From NCBI GenBank assembly GCA_039591655.1, contig JBDHDE010000003.1, positions 1 to 64,000 on the forward strand: a DNA stretch of 64,000 bases. The letters are read 5' to 3'. Position 1 is the first letter of the stretch, and every line of letters starts with the position of its first letter. The notes beneath the pieces were generated by a model. The model was not told where the DNA came from and ran no database searches. It worked only from the letters and a program-made list of their open reading frames with translations. A program made the position numbers and the translations under genes. Shown here piece by piece: positions 27,630 to 41,689 of the stretch. The DNA is from Gemmatimonadota bacterium (lineage in GTDB: Bacteria > Gemmatimonadota > Gemmatimonadetes > Gemmatimonadales > GWC2-71-9).

Positions 27630-28019
27630 CTAAAGCCTGCCGGTTGCGAGCGCGCGCACGATGTCGCTCTGGGCGATCACGCCGACTAGCTCGCCGTCTT
27701 GCTCCACGAACAGGCGGTGCACGTCCAGGGAGAGCATCTCCTGAGCCGCCTGCTTGACGTCCTGGTCGGGGCTGATGGTCTGCGGTGGCGACGTCATGAT
27801 GTCGCGCACGAGGATCTCGCCGAAGCGCCGCTCGCCCTCCCCCTCGGCCGCGCTCTGCAGGATATCGCTGGAGGAGAGCACCCCCACGAGACCCCCGCGT
27901 CGATTCACGACCGGCACGCCGTGTACGTGAGCATCGGCCAAGGAGACGATGGCCTCCGCCACCGACACGTCCTGGTTCACGATGGCGAGTTCCGTCTGCA
28001 TCAGCTCCGCCACTCTCAT
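27630..28019 (-). CDS. CBS-domain pair protein
   Basis: MRVAELM, GVPVV, LVGVLSSSDI, VRDIMT, LVGVIAQSDI. Confidence 0.9.
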   Translation of the reverse strand: MRVAELMQTELAIVNQDVSVAEAIVSLADAHVHGVPVVNRRGGLVGVLSSSDILQSAAEGEGERRFGEILVRDIMTSPPQTISPDQDVKQAAQEMLSLDVHRLFVEQDGELVGVIAQSDIVRALATGRL

Positions 28020-28181
28020 TGCGACCTCTGGCGCTGGAAACGCCGGTACGAAGTCTGGAGCGGTACCGGTCCGGCGCTAGGCGCCGCCGCATCCGCTGTT
28101 CAGAAGGAGGATAGTCTAACGCGTCGGTACGGCTTCGTCACGCTCGTCTTGGTTGACGGGGTCAACGATCACGCAGTGGGA

Positions 28182-29048
28182 TTAGCGGCGCGGGCCGACA
28201 GGGACCACCAGGACCGATGCTGGGAGCCGGTTGAGAAGGCGCTCGGTCGTGCTTCCGAGCAGCACGCGATCCACCCACCCCTTACCGTGGGATCCCACCA
28301 CAACCATGTCGGCACCCCAGGCCTGGGCCTCGTCGCAAATGACGCGGCTCGGCGTGCCGCACTGCACTTCCTGCGCCACGGACATTCCGTCCAGGGCGCG
28401 CGCGACAATGCGACTGAACTCTCGCTCCGCAGTCTGCAGGTGCTCCTGTTCGTCCAGCTGGACCGCGACGTCGGGAATGGGTGGAAACGGCTCGACGGCG
28501 TGGAGTGCCCGTAGCTCGGCTGCGAACAGCGCCGCGAGATGCGCGGCCATCTCGAGCGTCGGGTCGGCAGCGTCGGAGAGGTCCGCCGCGACCAGCACCC
28601 GACCGACGTCGGGTCGCGTCGAGGCCGTCACGAGGACCGGCACGTCGATGGTGCGCACGGCATGGTGCACCGTGCTCCCCCCGAACCATCGGGCGGGCGC
28701 GGAGTGGCGTTTCCCGCCGAGCACCAGGAGCCCGGCCCCGTAGCCGCTGACGGCCGCCGCTAGCTCCCAAGCGACATTGCCGCGCCGCACCTCGAGGTGA
28801 TCCGGGGTCTCCGGCGGCGCGTTCTCCTGCAGCGCGGCCACCACCTGCTCCCGGGCGACGGAGGCAGCCTTGGCGGCGACCACGCTCTCGTCCACCGCGG
28901 CGGGCACGCTGGGCAGGTGCCGCGTCACGTGCACCAGGTGGCAGGGGACCCCCGCCGCCTCGGCCGTGCGCCAAGCCATCGCTGCCGCCAGGGCGCCCTC
29001 GGGCGAGGCGTCCACTCCTGCGACCACCGCTTTCCACTGCATCGTCAT
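28182..29048 (-). CDS. Tandem universal stress protein
   Basis: VVAGVDAS...LLVLG...GGST; VLVAADLS...DMVVVGSHG...LLGSTTERLL. Confidence 0.92.
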   Translation of the reverse strand: MTMQWKAVVAGVDASPEGALAAAMAWRTAEAAGVPCHLVHVTRHLPSVPAAVDESVVAAKAASVAREQVVAALQENAPPETPDHLEVRRGNVAWELAAAVSGYGAGLLVLGGKRHSAPARWFGGSTVHHAVRTIDVPVLVTASTRPDVGRVLVAADLSDAADPTLEMAAHLAALFAAELRALHAVEPFPPIPDVAVQLDEQEHLQTAEREFSRIVARALDGMSVAQEVQCGTPSRVICDEAQAWGADMVVVGSHGKGWVDRVLLGSTTERLLNRLPASVLVVPVGPRR

Positions 29049-29192
29049 CAGCCGTGCTCCATGATGGGCCCCCGTGGCCGACGAGTCTACCACCTCGCCG
29101 GACGGCCCGTCAAGAACCCGAAAGCCACGCCGTGAAGTCCCATTCAGGCCGAATTCACCGCTCCTTCATGACGCCCTGTCTAGTCTCCGTGC

Positions 29193-29438
29193 GGTGGCCC
29201 GTCAGGGTCACCACTGCGGGAATGCCCTAGGAGGGAAGGGCCGGCGTTCGCGACGCCGCTGAGGTTTCGAGGGGCTCCGCATCGGCCGCAGGCAAGGCGA
29301 ACGGGATCGTCAGGCATGTAACCCGATGCACGATTCGAGGAGACCCTGCGCTACGATCGAATGGTAGCGCTGGAACCGAGACCTCGGAGGGGAATCCCCC
29401 ACCCCCGGTGCACGGGAGGGCACCGGGGGTTTTGTTTT
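29193..29438 (+). ncRNA. Candidate structured non-coding RNA (family not identified)
   Basis: Nested helices across 29193-29398, possible -10 TAGTCT at 29181, own plus-strand terminator, no credible ORF. Confidence 0.55.
29401..29438 (+). terminator. Intrinsic terminator (plus strand)
   Basis: ACCCCCGGTGC-N8-GCACCGGGGGT followed by TTTGTTTT. Confidence 0.85.
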
Positions 29439-29442
29439 GGCC

Positions 29443-30840
29443 CTAGCCGTTTAGCGGCACCGTCTCGCCGTCTCTCGCAGGCCGGACGTTCCAGCCCAGT
29501 TCTCCACGGATCGCCGCCGACAGCGCCAGTGAGCCGGTGGGCTCACCGTGCACCAGGTAGGTGGCGCTGGGTGGACGGCGGAATCCCGCCAGCCAGCGCA
29601 GCAATTCCGACTGATCCGCGTGGGCCGAGAGTCCGTGGAGCGTCCTCACGGTGGCCCGCACCGGCCACTCCTGGCCGTGGATGCGGATGAGCTTGGCCCC
29701 GTCCTGGAGACGGCGGCCGCGCGTGCCGGCTGCCTGGAAGCCCACCAGGAGGACCGTGGTGCGGCGGTCGGGCAGCCGCAGCTTGAGGTGGTGCAGGATT
29801 CGCCCACCCGTGGCCATCCCGCTGGCCGAGATGATGATCACCGGCCCCCGGACATCGTTGAGGGCAATGGACTCCTCCCGGGAGCGGGCGAGCTGGAAGT
29901 GGTGCGGCCGCAGAGGGTCTTGCCCCGCGTCGGTGAGGGCCTGCATGTCGAGGTCATGCTCCTCGGTGTGGCGCAAGTAGAGATCCGTGACGTCGATGGC
30001 CATGGGGCTGTCCATGTACACGGGGATGGCGGGAATCCGTCCGTGGTCCTCGAGCTGCCGCAGCCGCCACAGCAGCTCCTGGGTGCGCCCTACCGCAAAA
30101 GCGGGAATGACGATGGCGTGACCGTGCTCCGCCCCCTCCCGCACGATGGCGGCCAGGTCCCCGTCCGGGTCGTGTTCGTGGGACCGTCCACCGTAGGTGG
30201 ACTCGCTCACCAGGAAGTCCGTTTCCGAGATGAGCTCTGGGTCGTGCAGGATGGGGCGGTCCCAGCGCCCGAGGTCGCCCGAGAAGACCAGCCGGGTCCC
30301 CCGCCCGGCATCCAGCAGGCACTGCACCGTCGCGGAGCCCAAAATGTGGCCGGCGGGTCGGAACTGGGTGGCCATGCCGGGCACCACCTCGAAGGCCTCG
30401 CCGTAGAAGCGCGGATCTACCAGGTCCAGCGCGGCCTGGGCGTCCTCGCGCGTGAACAGGGGAAGGGCGGGTCGGTGCTTGGAGTACCCTTTGCGGTTGG
30501 CGTGCTCGGCCTGCTCCTCCTGCAGGTAGGCCGCGTCGGGCAGCAAGACACCCAGTAGCGAGGCTGTAGCAGCTGTGCAGTGGATTGGGCCGCGGAACCC
30601 CCGGCGGGCCAGGACCGGGAGGTACCCGGAGTGGTCCAGATGTGCGTGACTCAGGACCACCGCCGCGACGTCCTCCGGGTCATAGCGGGGGTCGTTCCAG
30701 TTGCGCAGCCGCAGGTCCTTGAGCCCCTGGAAGAGGCCGCAGTCCAATAGCGTGCCCCGCCCGCCGACGGTGACCAGGTGCTTGGACCCGGTCACCGTCT
30801 CGGCGGCGCCTAGAAACCGCAGTGTCGCTCCGCTCATCAC
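29443..30840 (-). CDS. MBL-fold beta-CASP ribonuclease (YSH1/TTHA0252-like)
   Basis: LGAAETVTGS, SHAHLDH, AGHILGS, SGDLG, ESTYG, SAHAD. Confidence 0.92.
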   Translation of the reverse strand: MMSGATLRFLGAAETVTGSKHLVTVGGRGTLLDCGLFQGLKDLRLRNWNDPRYDPEDVAAVVLSHAHLDHSGYLPVLARRGFRGPIHCTAATASLLGVLLPDAAYLQEEQAEHANRKGYSKHRPALPLFTREDAQAALDLVDPRFYGEAFEVVPGMATQFRPAGHILGSATVQCLLDAGRGTRLVFSGDLGRWDRPILHDPELISETDFLVSESTYGGRSHEHDPDGDLAAIVREGAEHGHAIVIPAFAVGRTQELLWRLRQLEDHGRIPAIPVYMDSPMAIDVTDLYLRHTEEHDLDMQALTDAGQDPLRPHHFQLARSREESIALNDVRGPVIIISASGMATGGRILHHLKLRLPDRRTTVLLVGFQAAGTRGRRLQDGAKLIRIHGQEWPVRATVRTLHGLSAHADQSELLRWLAGFRRPPSATYLVHGEPTGSLALSAAIRGELGWNVRPARDGETVPLNG

Positions 30841-30879
30841 TTGCGCTGCCCTCCCGTCCCCTCAGTCCCTGCCCCGGGT

Positions 30880-33039
<2,160 letters not shown>

Positions 33040-33323
33040 CGTGACTCCTTTGAGGATGGGGCAGGGCGTCGATGGGATGGGACGGCGTCGCCGGGATTGC
33101 CGGCGATCCTGGCACCCGAGGGGCGTCGCTCCGCCTCCCGATCCCGTCTATCCCCTTACCCGGGTTCTCGGCGTAGTTTTGAGACCTGGCACCGCCGCGT
33201 CAATGGACGCGGGTCTGCCGGCCGCGCGCTCGTGCGCCCGCGCGCTCAGGCCGGTCGTGCGGCGCGTGATGCACCTGCGACATCGTGGTCGTGCGCGCCG
33301 CTCGCCGACATGGGAGGGAATCG

Positions 33324-36056
<2,733 letters not shown>

Positions 36057-36204
36057 CGCCACCACTTCTCGGCCCGAAGACGGCCGGCACCCCGGGAACC
36101 CTGGTAAGCTGGGTGTCGTTCTGTGGGTCGTATGGAACCCGGCAACAGCGGCTCATGGCCGTTCCCGGATCCCGTTCGCTACCCAATCGGTTCGAGGAGG
36201 AAGC

Positions 36205-36594
36205 ATGGTAAGACGCATGATCGCCGGGCTCGGCGTCGCCCTACTCATGGCGCTGGCGCTGCCGGCGGTGGCCGAGGCCCAGATGGGTCACGCCCCCGAG
36301 GGCGAGGAGGCCACGATCACGGGCACGGTCATCGACCTGTCGTGCAAGTTCCGCCACGGCCTCTCGGGCGAGCAGCACCGCATGTGCGCCCAGGTCTGCG
36401 CGGACAAAGGCGTGCCGTTGGCCATTCTCACCGACGACGGCAGGCTCTTCGTGCCGGTGAGCGCTGGCATGCCCGGCGCCAGCGAGAACGAGCAGCTCAA
36501 GGAGTTCGCAGAGCAGCACGTCACCGTGAACGGCACGGTCTTCGAGGCGGGCGGAGCAAAGGCGATCCAGATCGCCGAGATCAGTCGGTCGTGA
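36205..36594 (+). CDS. Exported hypothetical protein with DxxC...HxxCAxxC motif
   Basis: Signal peptide; TITGTVIDLSC; HRMCAQVCADKGVPLAIL; GAGGAA RBS. Confidence 0.75.
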   Translation: MVRRMIAGLGVALLMALALPAVAEAQMGHAPEGEEATITGTVIDLSCKFRHGLSGEQHRMCAQVCADKGVPLAILTDDGRLFVPVSAGMPGASENEQLKEFAEQHVTVNGTVFEAGGAKAIQIAEISRS

Positions 36595-38159
36595 CCATCG
36601 TTGGTAGGCGCGCGGGCCGGGGGCTTTCCCGGCCCGCGCTGGCTCTCGCCGCCCTGAGCGCCGTCGCGGGCCTGGCCGTAGCAGCTGTGCGCGGCGGCGG
36701 CGGCGGGGCCGCCCGGGGCCCCGTTGCCGAGCCCAATCCTGCGGCTGCGGCCCCAGTGGAGACGCGGGTGGCTTCCGTCAGACACATCACGCAGGGGGAA
36801 GCGCCGGAGCAGCTGCTGCCGGACACGGTCTTCCCCAGCAAGGCCGCGCGGCTGCTGTGGTTCGAGGGACGCGCCGCGTCGCCCGTCGGTGATCGCAGCG
36901 CCGTAGCACTGGACGGCGCCGGTGGAGTGGTGCGGTTCGATAGCCGTCTGATCGCCCACCGAGTGCGATTGGATCTGGAGGGGCGAGTTCCCACGAGCGT
37001 CGCCGCCGCGTCGGACGGAGGCGTCTGGGTGACCGATGGCGAGGGAGAGTTACTCCGCACCGACGCCGGGGGCCGCATCCGCCACACGGGGCCAGCGCCG
37101 TTCGACTATGCGGCGGTGACTTCGGATCCGGCAGGTGGTGTCTGGCTGGCTCGCTCGACGGAGCTCTTCTCGTACCGGCTGGTCACCGGTGCCGAGCCGG
37201 TGCTGGTCCGCGTGGATACCGACGGCGGCTCCGCCGGGGTGGGTTCGATCCTGGTCCCCGAGCACGTACTGCTGGCAGAGCTGGCCAACGCCGGGCATGT
37301 CGCCGTGACGCAGGAAGCGATCTACTTCGCGCCGTTCATCCGAGACGAAGTGGTGGCGTTCTCTCGGGACGGCGACACGCTGTGGATCGCGCACCGCGAG
37401 CTTCCCCAGTCGACCCCCGAGCCGCGCTTCGAGCTCGGGCCGGACGGAGCGATGATCGACTACGCCCCAGTCAACCTGGGGATCGCCATGGGAGCCGACG
37501 GACGCCTCTATGTTCTGAGTGTTCCCGGGTTCACGACGTCCGAGAGCAGGATCGACGCCTACGATCCCGTGACGGGATTGCTGCTGCGGACGGCGCGGAT
37601 CCCCCACCCACTTCCCACGGTGGCGGTGGACGAGCAAGGGCGGCTCTATCTGCTCGACGCCTTCCGCCTACTGACGGGGATAGCCCCGAGCGAGCGGGAG
37701 GCCTTCGCGCCGTTCGATCTCGAGCGCCTGGGAAGCGAGCACCGGATGACCCTGGCCGACCTCGAGGGCAAAGTGGTTCTCATGAACGTCTGGGCCAGCT
37801 GGTGCGCGCCGTGCCGAGTGGAGATGCCGGCGCTGGACGACTTGCAGCGCTCCATCGAGCACCCCGACTTCAGGTTCATCACGATGAACGAGGACGTGAT
37901 GGTCGGGGACGCCCAGGCCTTTCTCGAGGAACACGGCTTCGGGTTCCCGGTGCTCCTGGGCCGGGGCAGGCTCCAGCGGCAATTCCACTACATGGGACTG
38001 CCGTTCACGGTGCTCCTGGATAGGGAGGGCCGGGTGGTGCAGCGGTGGACCGGTTTCGCCGGCGAGGAGCAGATCGCCGGGATCCGGGCAGTGGTGCAGG
38101 CGGAGCTGTCACGCGAGGGGAGACCCGGCGAGCACGGCGGTGGGCACGACGACGCTTAA
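36591..38159 (+). CDS. Beta-propeller plus TlpA/redoxin fusion protein
   Basis: N-terminal TM/signal, DGGVWVTD/DGRLY repeats, C-terminal NVWASWCAPCRVEMP...GLPFT; GTGA overlap. Confidence 0.8.
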   Translation: MTIVGRRAGRGLSRPALALAALSAVAGLAVAAVRGGGGGAARGPVAEPNPAAAAPVETRVASVRHITQGEAPEQLLPDTVFPSKAARLLWFEGRAASPVGDRSAVALDGAGGVVRFDSRLIAHRVRLDLEGRVPTSVAAASDGGVWVTDGEGELLRTDAGGRIRHTGPAPFDYAAVTSDPAGGVWLARSTELFSYRLVTGAEPVLVRVDTDGGSAGVGSILVPEHVLLAELANAGHVAVTQEAIYFAPFIRDEVVAFSRDGDTLWIAHRELPQSTPEPRFELGPDGAMIDYAPVNLGIAMGADGRLYVLSVPGFTTSESRIDAYDPVTGLLLRTARIPHPLPTVAVDEQGRLYLLDAFRLLTGIAPSEREAFAPFDLERLGSEHRMTLADLEGKVVLMNVWASWCAPCRVEMPALDDLQRSIEHPDFRFITMNEDVMVGDAQAFLEEHGFGFPVLLGRGRLQRQFHYMGLPFTVLLDREGRVVQRWTGFAGEEQIAGIRAVVQAELSREGRPGEHGGGHDDA

Positions 38160-39271
38160 CGCACGATCCTCGTCTCCGGCTTGAACACCGCCCACGCGAA
38201 CCAGAAGTGATTGCCGTGGGTGATGGGCTCGAGCTGGGTACCGTTGAGCTCGCCCCGGATCGCCCGGCCCAGGATGTTCCACGTCGACCCAGTTTCCCTG
38301 TCCCGGAACAGCCCGTCTCCCACGGGCTCGAAGGTTAGCGTCCGTGAGGCGACTCTGCGGCTGAATACGCCACTCGCCCCGACGTCACGGCCGTCGGCGA
38401 TCTCACGACTGTCCACCGAGCTCGCCATCCCGGGCGACCACAATACCACCAGCTCCACGCCTTCCACGTGGTCGTTCACCGCTCGCTTCTCCGACAGAGA
38501 CGAGAACGGATACGCGACGGTGGCGTCATCCACGCTGAGCGCGACGATCCGCTCCATGGCGGGGAGCCGCTCGTCGGGGTCCGGGCCGAAGAAGCGCCGC
38601 CACGGCGAGCCGCCCTCCCGATCGTAGCGCTGATAGGGGTTCTCCCCGTAGGGCCGGCGATGACCGGTGTCCCGGGAGAGGACTCGGCCCTCGGGATGGG
38701 CCTCCTTGAAAGTCGCCCAGCTCACGAGCGGCGCCGCGATGAATGTGAGTTGCTCGCCGGCGTACTCACCCACGATCCCCTCGCCCGTGGCCTGCTGCCA
38801 CCAGGTCTCGGTCTGACGGTCGTACATCACCAGATCGGAATGCCTGAGCCGGCCAGTGGTACCGAAGTCCAGCACGCGGCCGTCGAACCGGCGGTCGAAG
38901 GCCAGCGCCGTGTTGCAGAGCGGGCAGTACGTCACGGACACCGGCACGCCCCCGACCACGTCATTGGCGATCTCGTGCCATATGAGGATCTGCAGGGGAT
39001 AAGCCTTGGCCTCTCCACCGATGGCGACCACCACCACCGGCTCCCGGTCATCGAGCCATCTGCCGGCTTCCCTGATGGAGACGAAGTCGGGGTCGTCGAT
39101 GGAGGGGATGCCGTCCTTGGGCGGACCGCCGGAGACGATCTCGTCGAGGGGCACGGTGTGCTTCGAGAAGTCTGTTTCCCACGAGCCGCTGAACTGCGCG
39201 TGGGCCGGGAGCGTAATGATGAGCACCGCCGGGAGAAGCATCGTGGCGGATCGGAGATATGGAACACGCAT
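38156..39271 (-). CDS. DUF3179 domain protein, exported
   Basis: SGGPPKDGIPSID, KAYP..IL.WHEI.ND, TYCPLC, LVMYDRQTET, FWFAW. Confidence 0.88.
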   Translation of the reverse strand: MRVPYLRSATMLLPAVLIITLPAHAQFSGSWETDFSKHTVPLDEIVSGGPPKDGIPSIDDPDFVSIREAGRWLDDREPVVVVAIGGEAKAYPLQILIWHEIANDVVGGVPVSVTYCPLCNTALAFDRRFDGRVLDFGTTGRLRHSDLVMYDRQTETWWQQATGEGIVGEYAGEQLTFIAAPLVSWATFKEAHPEGRVLSRDTGHRRPYGENPYQRYDREGGSPWRRFFGPDPDERLPAMERIVALSVDDATVAYPFSSLSEKRAVNDHVEGVELVVLWSPGMASSVDSREIADGRDVGASGVFSRRVASRTLTFEPVGDGLFRDRETGSTWNILGRAIRGELNGTQLEPITHGNHFWFAWAVFKPETRIVR

Positions 39272-39370
39272 GGCGCACGAGTCCCCGTACGGGGTAGGAG
39301 TATCGGTCCTGACTCCTTGGGTAACGAGGGCTGGAGCCGGGATGTTCCGCCGGCTTCCGACTCGCGCAGG

Positions 39371-41167
39371 CTACTCCTGCGGATCAACTAGGCTGATCAG
39401 CGTCTGACCCGACTTGGGGGTGGGGGGACTCACGGCGGTGAGCACCTGCACCCGGCCCGACTCACCGATGGCGAACATCGGTATCGCCGACTCACCGTAC
39501 AGCGCGAGGAACCCGTCGAAGTCGAACTCCTCGGTGAGCTTGTTCGTCTTGATCACGGCGCCCGACGCGAAGCGGGAGCTGAGATGTTCGTGGGTGGCCT
39601 CGGGCCGAAACAGGAACCGGCCGCGCAGGTGCTGGGGGATACCCGGATCTTCGCGGCCCTCGCGCTTCTTCGGGACGACCTGGTAGGTCTGCGACCGCTC
39701 GAAGATGTCGCCGAAATGGATCGCGGTGAGCGCATTCACTTCGTCGTTCGGCGTGAGGGCCAGGAGGCGGCCGATGCCGTCCAGTTCGAGCTCGAGGCGC
39801 TCGAGGGCCTGCTCGGTGAGCACGTTGGCATAGTGCGCCTTGAGCCCTGCGCGCCGGGCCGCGGCCACGTTGCCCCAGTTCGAATCCGCCAGCATCACCC
39901 GCACGCCCTGCTGATCTAGGGCCTTGGACATGTCACGGACCCAGGAAGCTGCGCCAACGATGAGCATGCCCTGTGGGTTGGGGGTGGCGACGCCGAGCCA
40001 GCGGGCGAGCAGCGGGGTCACGATGCCGTAGAACGCTACCGTACCGACGATCACCAGAAACGTGAGCGGCACCAGCCGGGCCGCCGAAGTGTCACCCAGG
40101 CGGACGAGCTCGTAGGCGAACACCGATGCCACGGCCGCGGCCACGATGCCCCGGGGCGCGATGAACCCCAGGAAGATGCGCTCCCGCCAGTTGAACTTTG
40201 ACCGCCACGTGGAGATGGCTATCGCCGCTGGGCGCACCACAAGGATGAGACCTGCCAGGAACGCGAGGCTCCCGGCGCTCATGTAGTCCGGATCCCGTAG
40301 CGGCAGGCGCGCCGCCAGGATGATGAACAGCACCGAGATCAAGAGCACCCGGAGGTTCTCCTTGAACTCGACGATGTGCCGTACCGTGACGAACTGCTGA
40401 CTCGCCAGGGCGATGCCCATCAGCGTCACGGCCAGCAGGCCCGATTCGGCCTGGATCTGGTTGGAAGCGGCGAAGATCAGAATAACCACCGTCAGCGCCA
40501 CCGGGCTCTGCAGATAGTCGGGAATCCAGTAGCGGCGCAACAGGAGAACGACGACGCCCGCTCCGGCTAGTCCGAAGGCGCCGCCGGTCAGTGCCGCCTT
40601 CAGCACCCCGAGTCCGGCGACGGCAAGACCCTGCTCGAATCCGCCGGCCACGACCGCCTCGAAGACCAGCACGGCCAGGATCGCCCCGATGGGGTCGTTC
40701 ACGATCCCCTCCCACTTCACGGCCGTGCCCACTCGGACGTCGGGCCTGATGTGGCGGAGCAGCGGGATGATCACGGTCGGCCCCGTTACGACGAGGATCG
40801 CGCCGAACAGGATTGCGAGCTCCAAGTCGAGCCCCGGGAGGAGGTACGCTAGGACGGTGGCGAGGAGCCAGGTGACCGGCACGCCGATAATGATCAGGTT
40901 GCGGACGATGCGCCCGACCTGCTTGAGCTCGGCGATGTCCAGGCTCAGGCCGCCCTCGAACAGGATGACCGCTACCGACAGCGAGACGATGGGCAGCAGG
41001 AGATCGCCGAGCAGCGCATCGGGCCGGATGAATCCGGCGACCGGGCCGGCGACGAACCCGGCTACCAGGAGGATCAGTATCGCAGGCAGCCGCAGCCGCC
41101 ACGCCAGCCATTGGGAGCCGACGCCGAGAACGACGATGCTCGCGAGTCCCACCAGGAGGTGCTCCAC
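39371..41167 (-). CDS. CPA1 cation:proton antiporter with C-terminal NAD-binding-like domain
   Basis: ILFEGGL, VTGPTVI, WEGIVNDPIGA, APRGIVAA. Confidence 0.9.
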   Translation of the reverse strand: MEHLLVGLASIVVLGVGSQWLAWRLRLPAILILLVAGFVAGPVAGFIRPDALLGDLLLPIVSLSVAVILFEGGLSLDIAELKQVGRIVRNLIIIGVPVTWLLATVLAYLLPGLDLELAILFGAILVVTGPTVIIPLLRHIRPDVRVGTAVKWEGIVNDPIGAILAVLVFEAVVAGGFEQGLAVAGLGVLKAALTGGAFGLAGAGVVVLLLRRYWIPDYLQSPVALTVVILIFAASNQIQAESGLLAVTLMGIALASQQFVTVRHIVEFKENLRVLLISVLFIILAARLPLRDPDYMSAGSLAFLAGLILVVRPAAIAISTWRSKFNWRERIFLGFIAPRGIVAAAVASVFAYELVRLGDTSAARLVPLTFLVIVGTVAFYGIVTPLLARWLGVATPNPQGMLIVGAASWVRDMSKALDQQGVRVMLADSNWGNVAAARRAGLKAHYANVLTEQALERLELELDGIGRLLALTPNDEVNALTAIHFGDIFERSQTYQVVPKKREGREDPGIPQHLRGRFLFRPEATHEHLSSRFASGAVIKTNKLTEEFDFDGFLALYGESAIPMFAIGESGRVQVLTAVSPPTPKSGQTLISLVDPQE

Positions 41168-41201
41168 CGGCTACTCCGCGAAAGCGTCGAGTGGGGGCAT
41201 C

Positions 41202-41669
41202 TCAGAATGCCGGCGGCGCCGGCATGTCGCCACCCCGGACCGTGACCAGCCCGTCACACCGGGCGCACACCCTGCCGTGCTGGTCCTTGAGTTCGGCGGC
41301 GGAAAAAATGAGGGTCTTCCCCGGCCGCACCACCCGACCCACCGCTTCGAAGCGATCTCCCCGGACGGGGTGTTGGTACTGCATGGAGAGCTGGACCACG
41401 CCGACGCGACCGCCCCCCGTATGAACGTACGCCGAGAATCCGATGGCGAGGTCGAAGACGCCGGCGATCACGGCACCGTTCACCGCGTCGGTTCCCATCC
41501 CTCCCCGGTGGAAGTCCTGGATGGGATCCACTGTGGCTCGCACGATGCCTGGGGTGGAGAAGTCGAACTGCACCCCCATGTGGCGCATGCCGGGGTGGGC
41601 GTTCCACTCGGCCTGGAACTTGGCGAGCTCGCCCTCGGTGAGCTTGGGAAGCTGGGGAGTGTTGCTCAT
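41202..41669 (-). CDS. PaaI-family thioesterase
   Basis: Hotdog fold pattern VNGAVIAGVFD, LSMQYQHP, GKTLIF. Confidence 0.82.
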   Translation of the reverse strand: MSNTPQLPKLTEGELAKFQAEWNAHPGMRHMGVQFDFSTPGIVRATVDPIQDFHRGGMGTDAVNGAVIAGVFDLAIGFSAYVHTGGGRVGVVQLSMQYQHPVRGDRFEAVGRVVRPGKTLIFSAAELKDQHGRVCARCDGLVTVRGGDMPAPPAF

Positions 41670-41689
41670 GCGCTGCTCGCTGCTCGAGT

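Noticed and set aside
28152..28166. GTTGAC-GGG-GTCAAC as an FNR box upstream of CBS-cba
   Set aside because: Spacer is 3 nt rather than 4 and the position fits neither class I nor class II; it may bind another factor
29211..29240. CCACTG...GGGAAGG resembling a cobalamin riboswitch
   Set aside because: Upstream GGGAA/GGTG/AATCC elements and the B12 box are missing, and there is no downstream plus-strand gene
29238..29308. HDV-like ribozyme (GGCGAACGGGA 3' end)
   Set aside because: No convincing P3/L3 or P1.1, and P2 would be mostly G-U pairs
36385..36402. CAGGTCTG SECIS-like loop
   Set aside because: Weak stem and no upstream in-frame UGA; it encodes CAQVC
37790..38945. Further Sec candidates in TlpA and DUF3179
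   Set aside because: Both CxxC motifs are encoded by TGC, with no in-frame TGA
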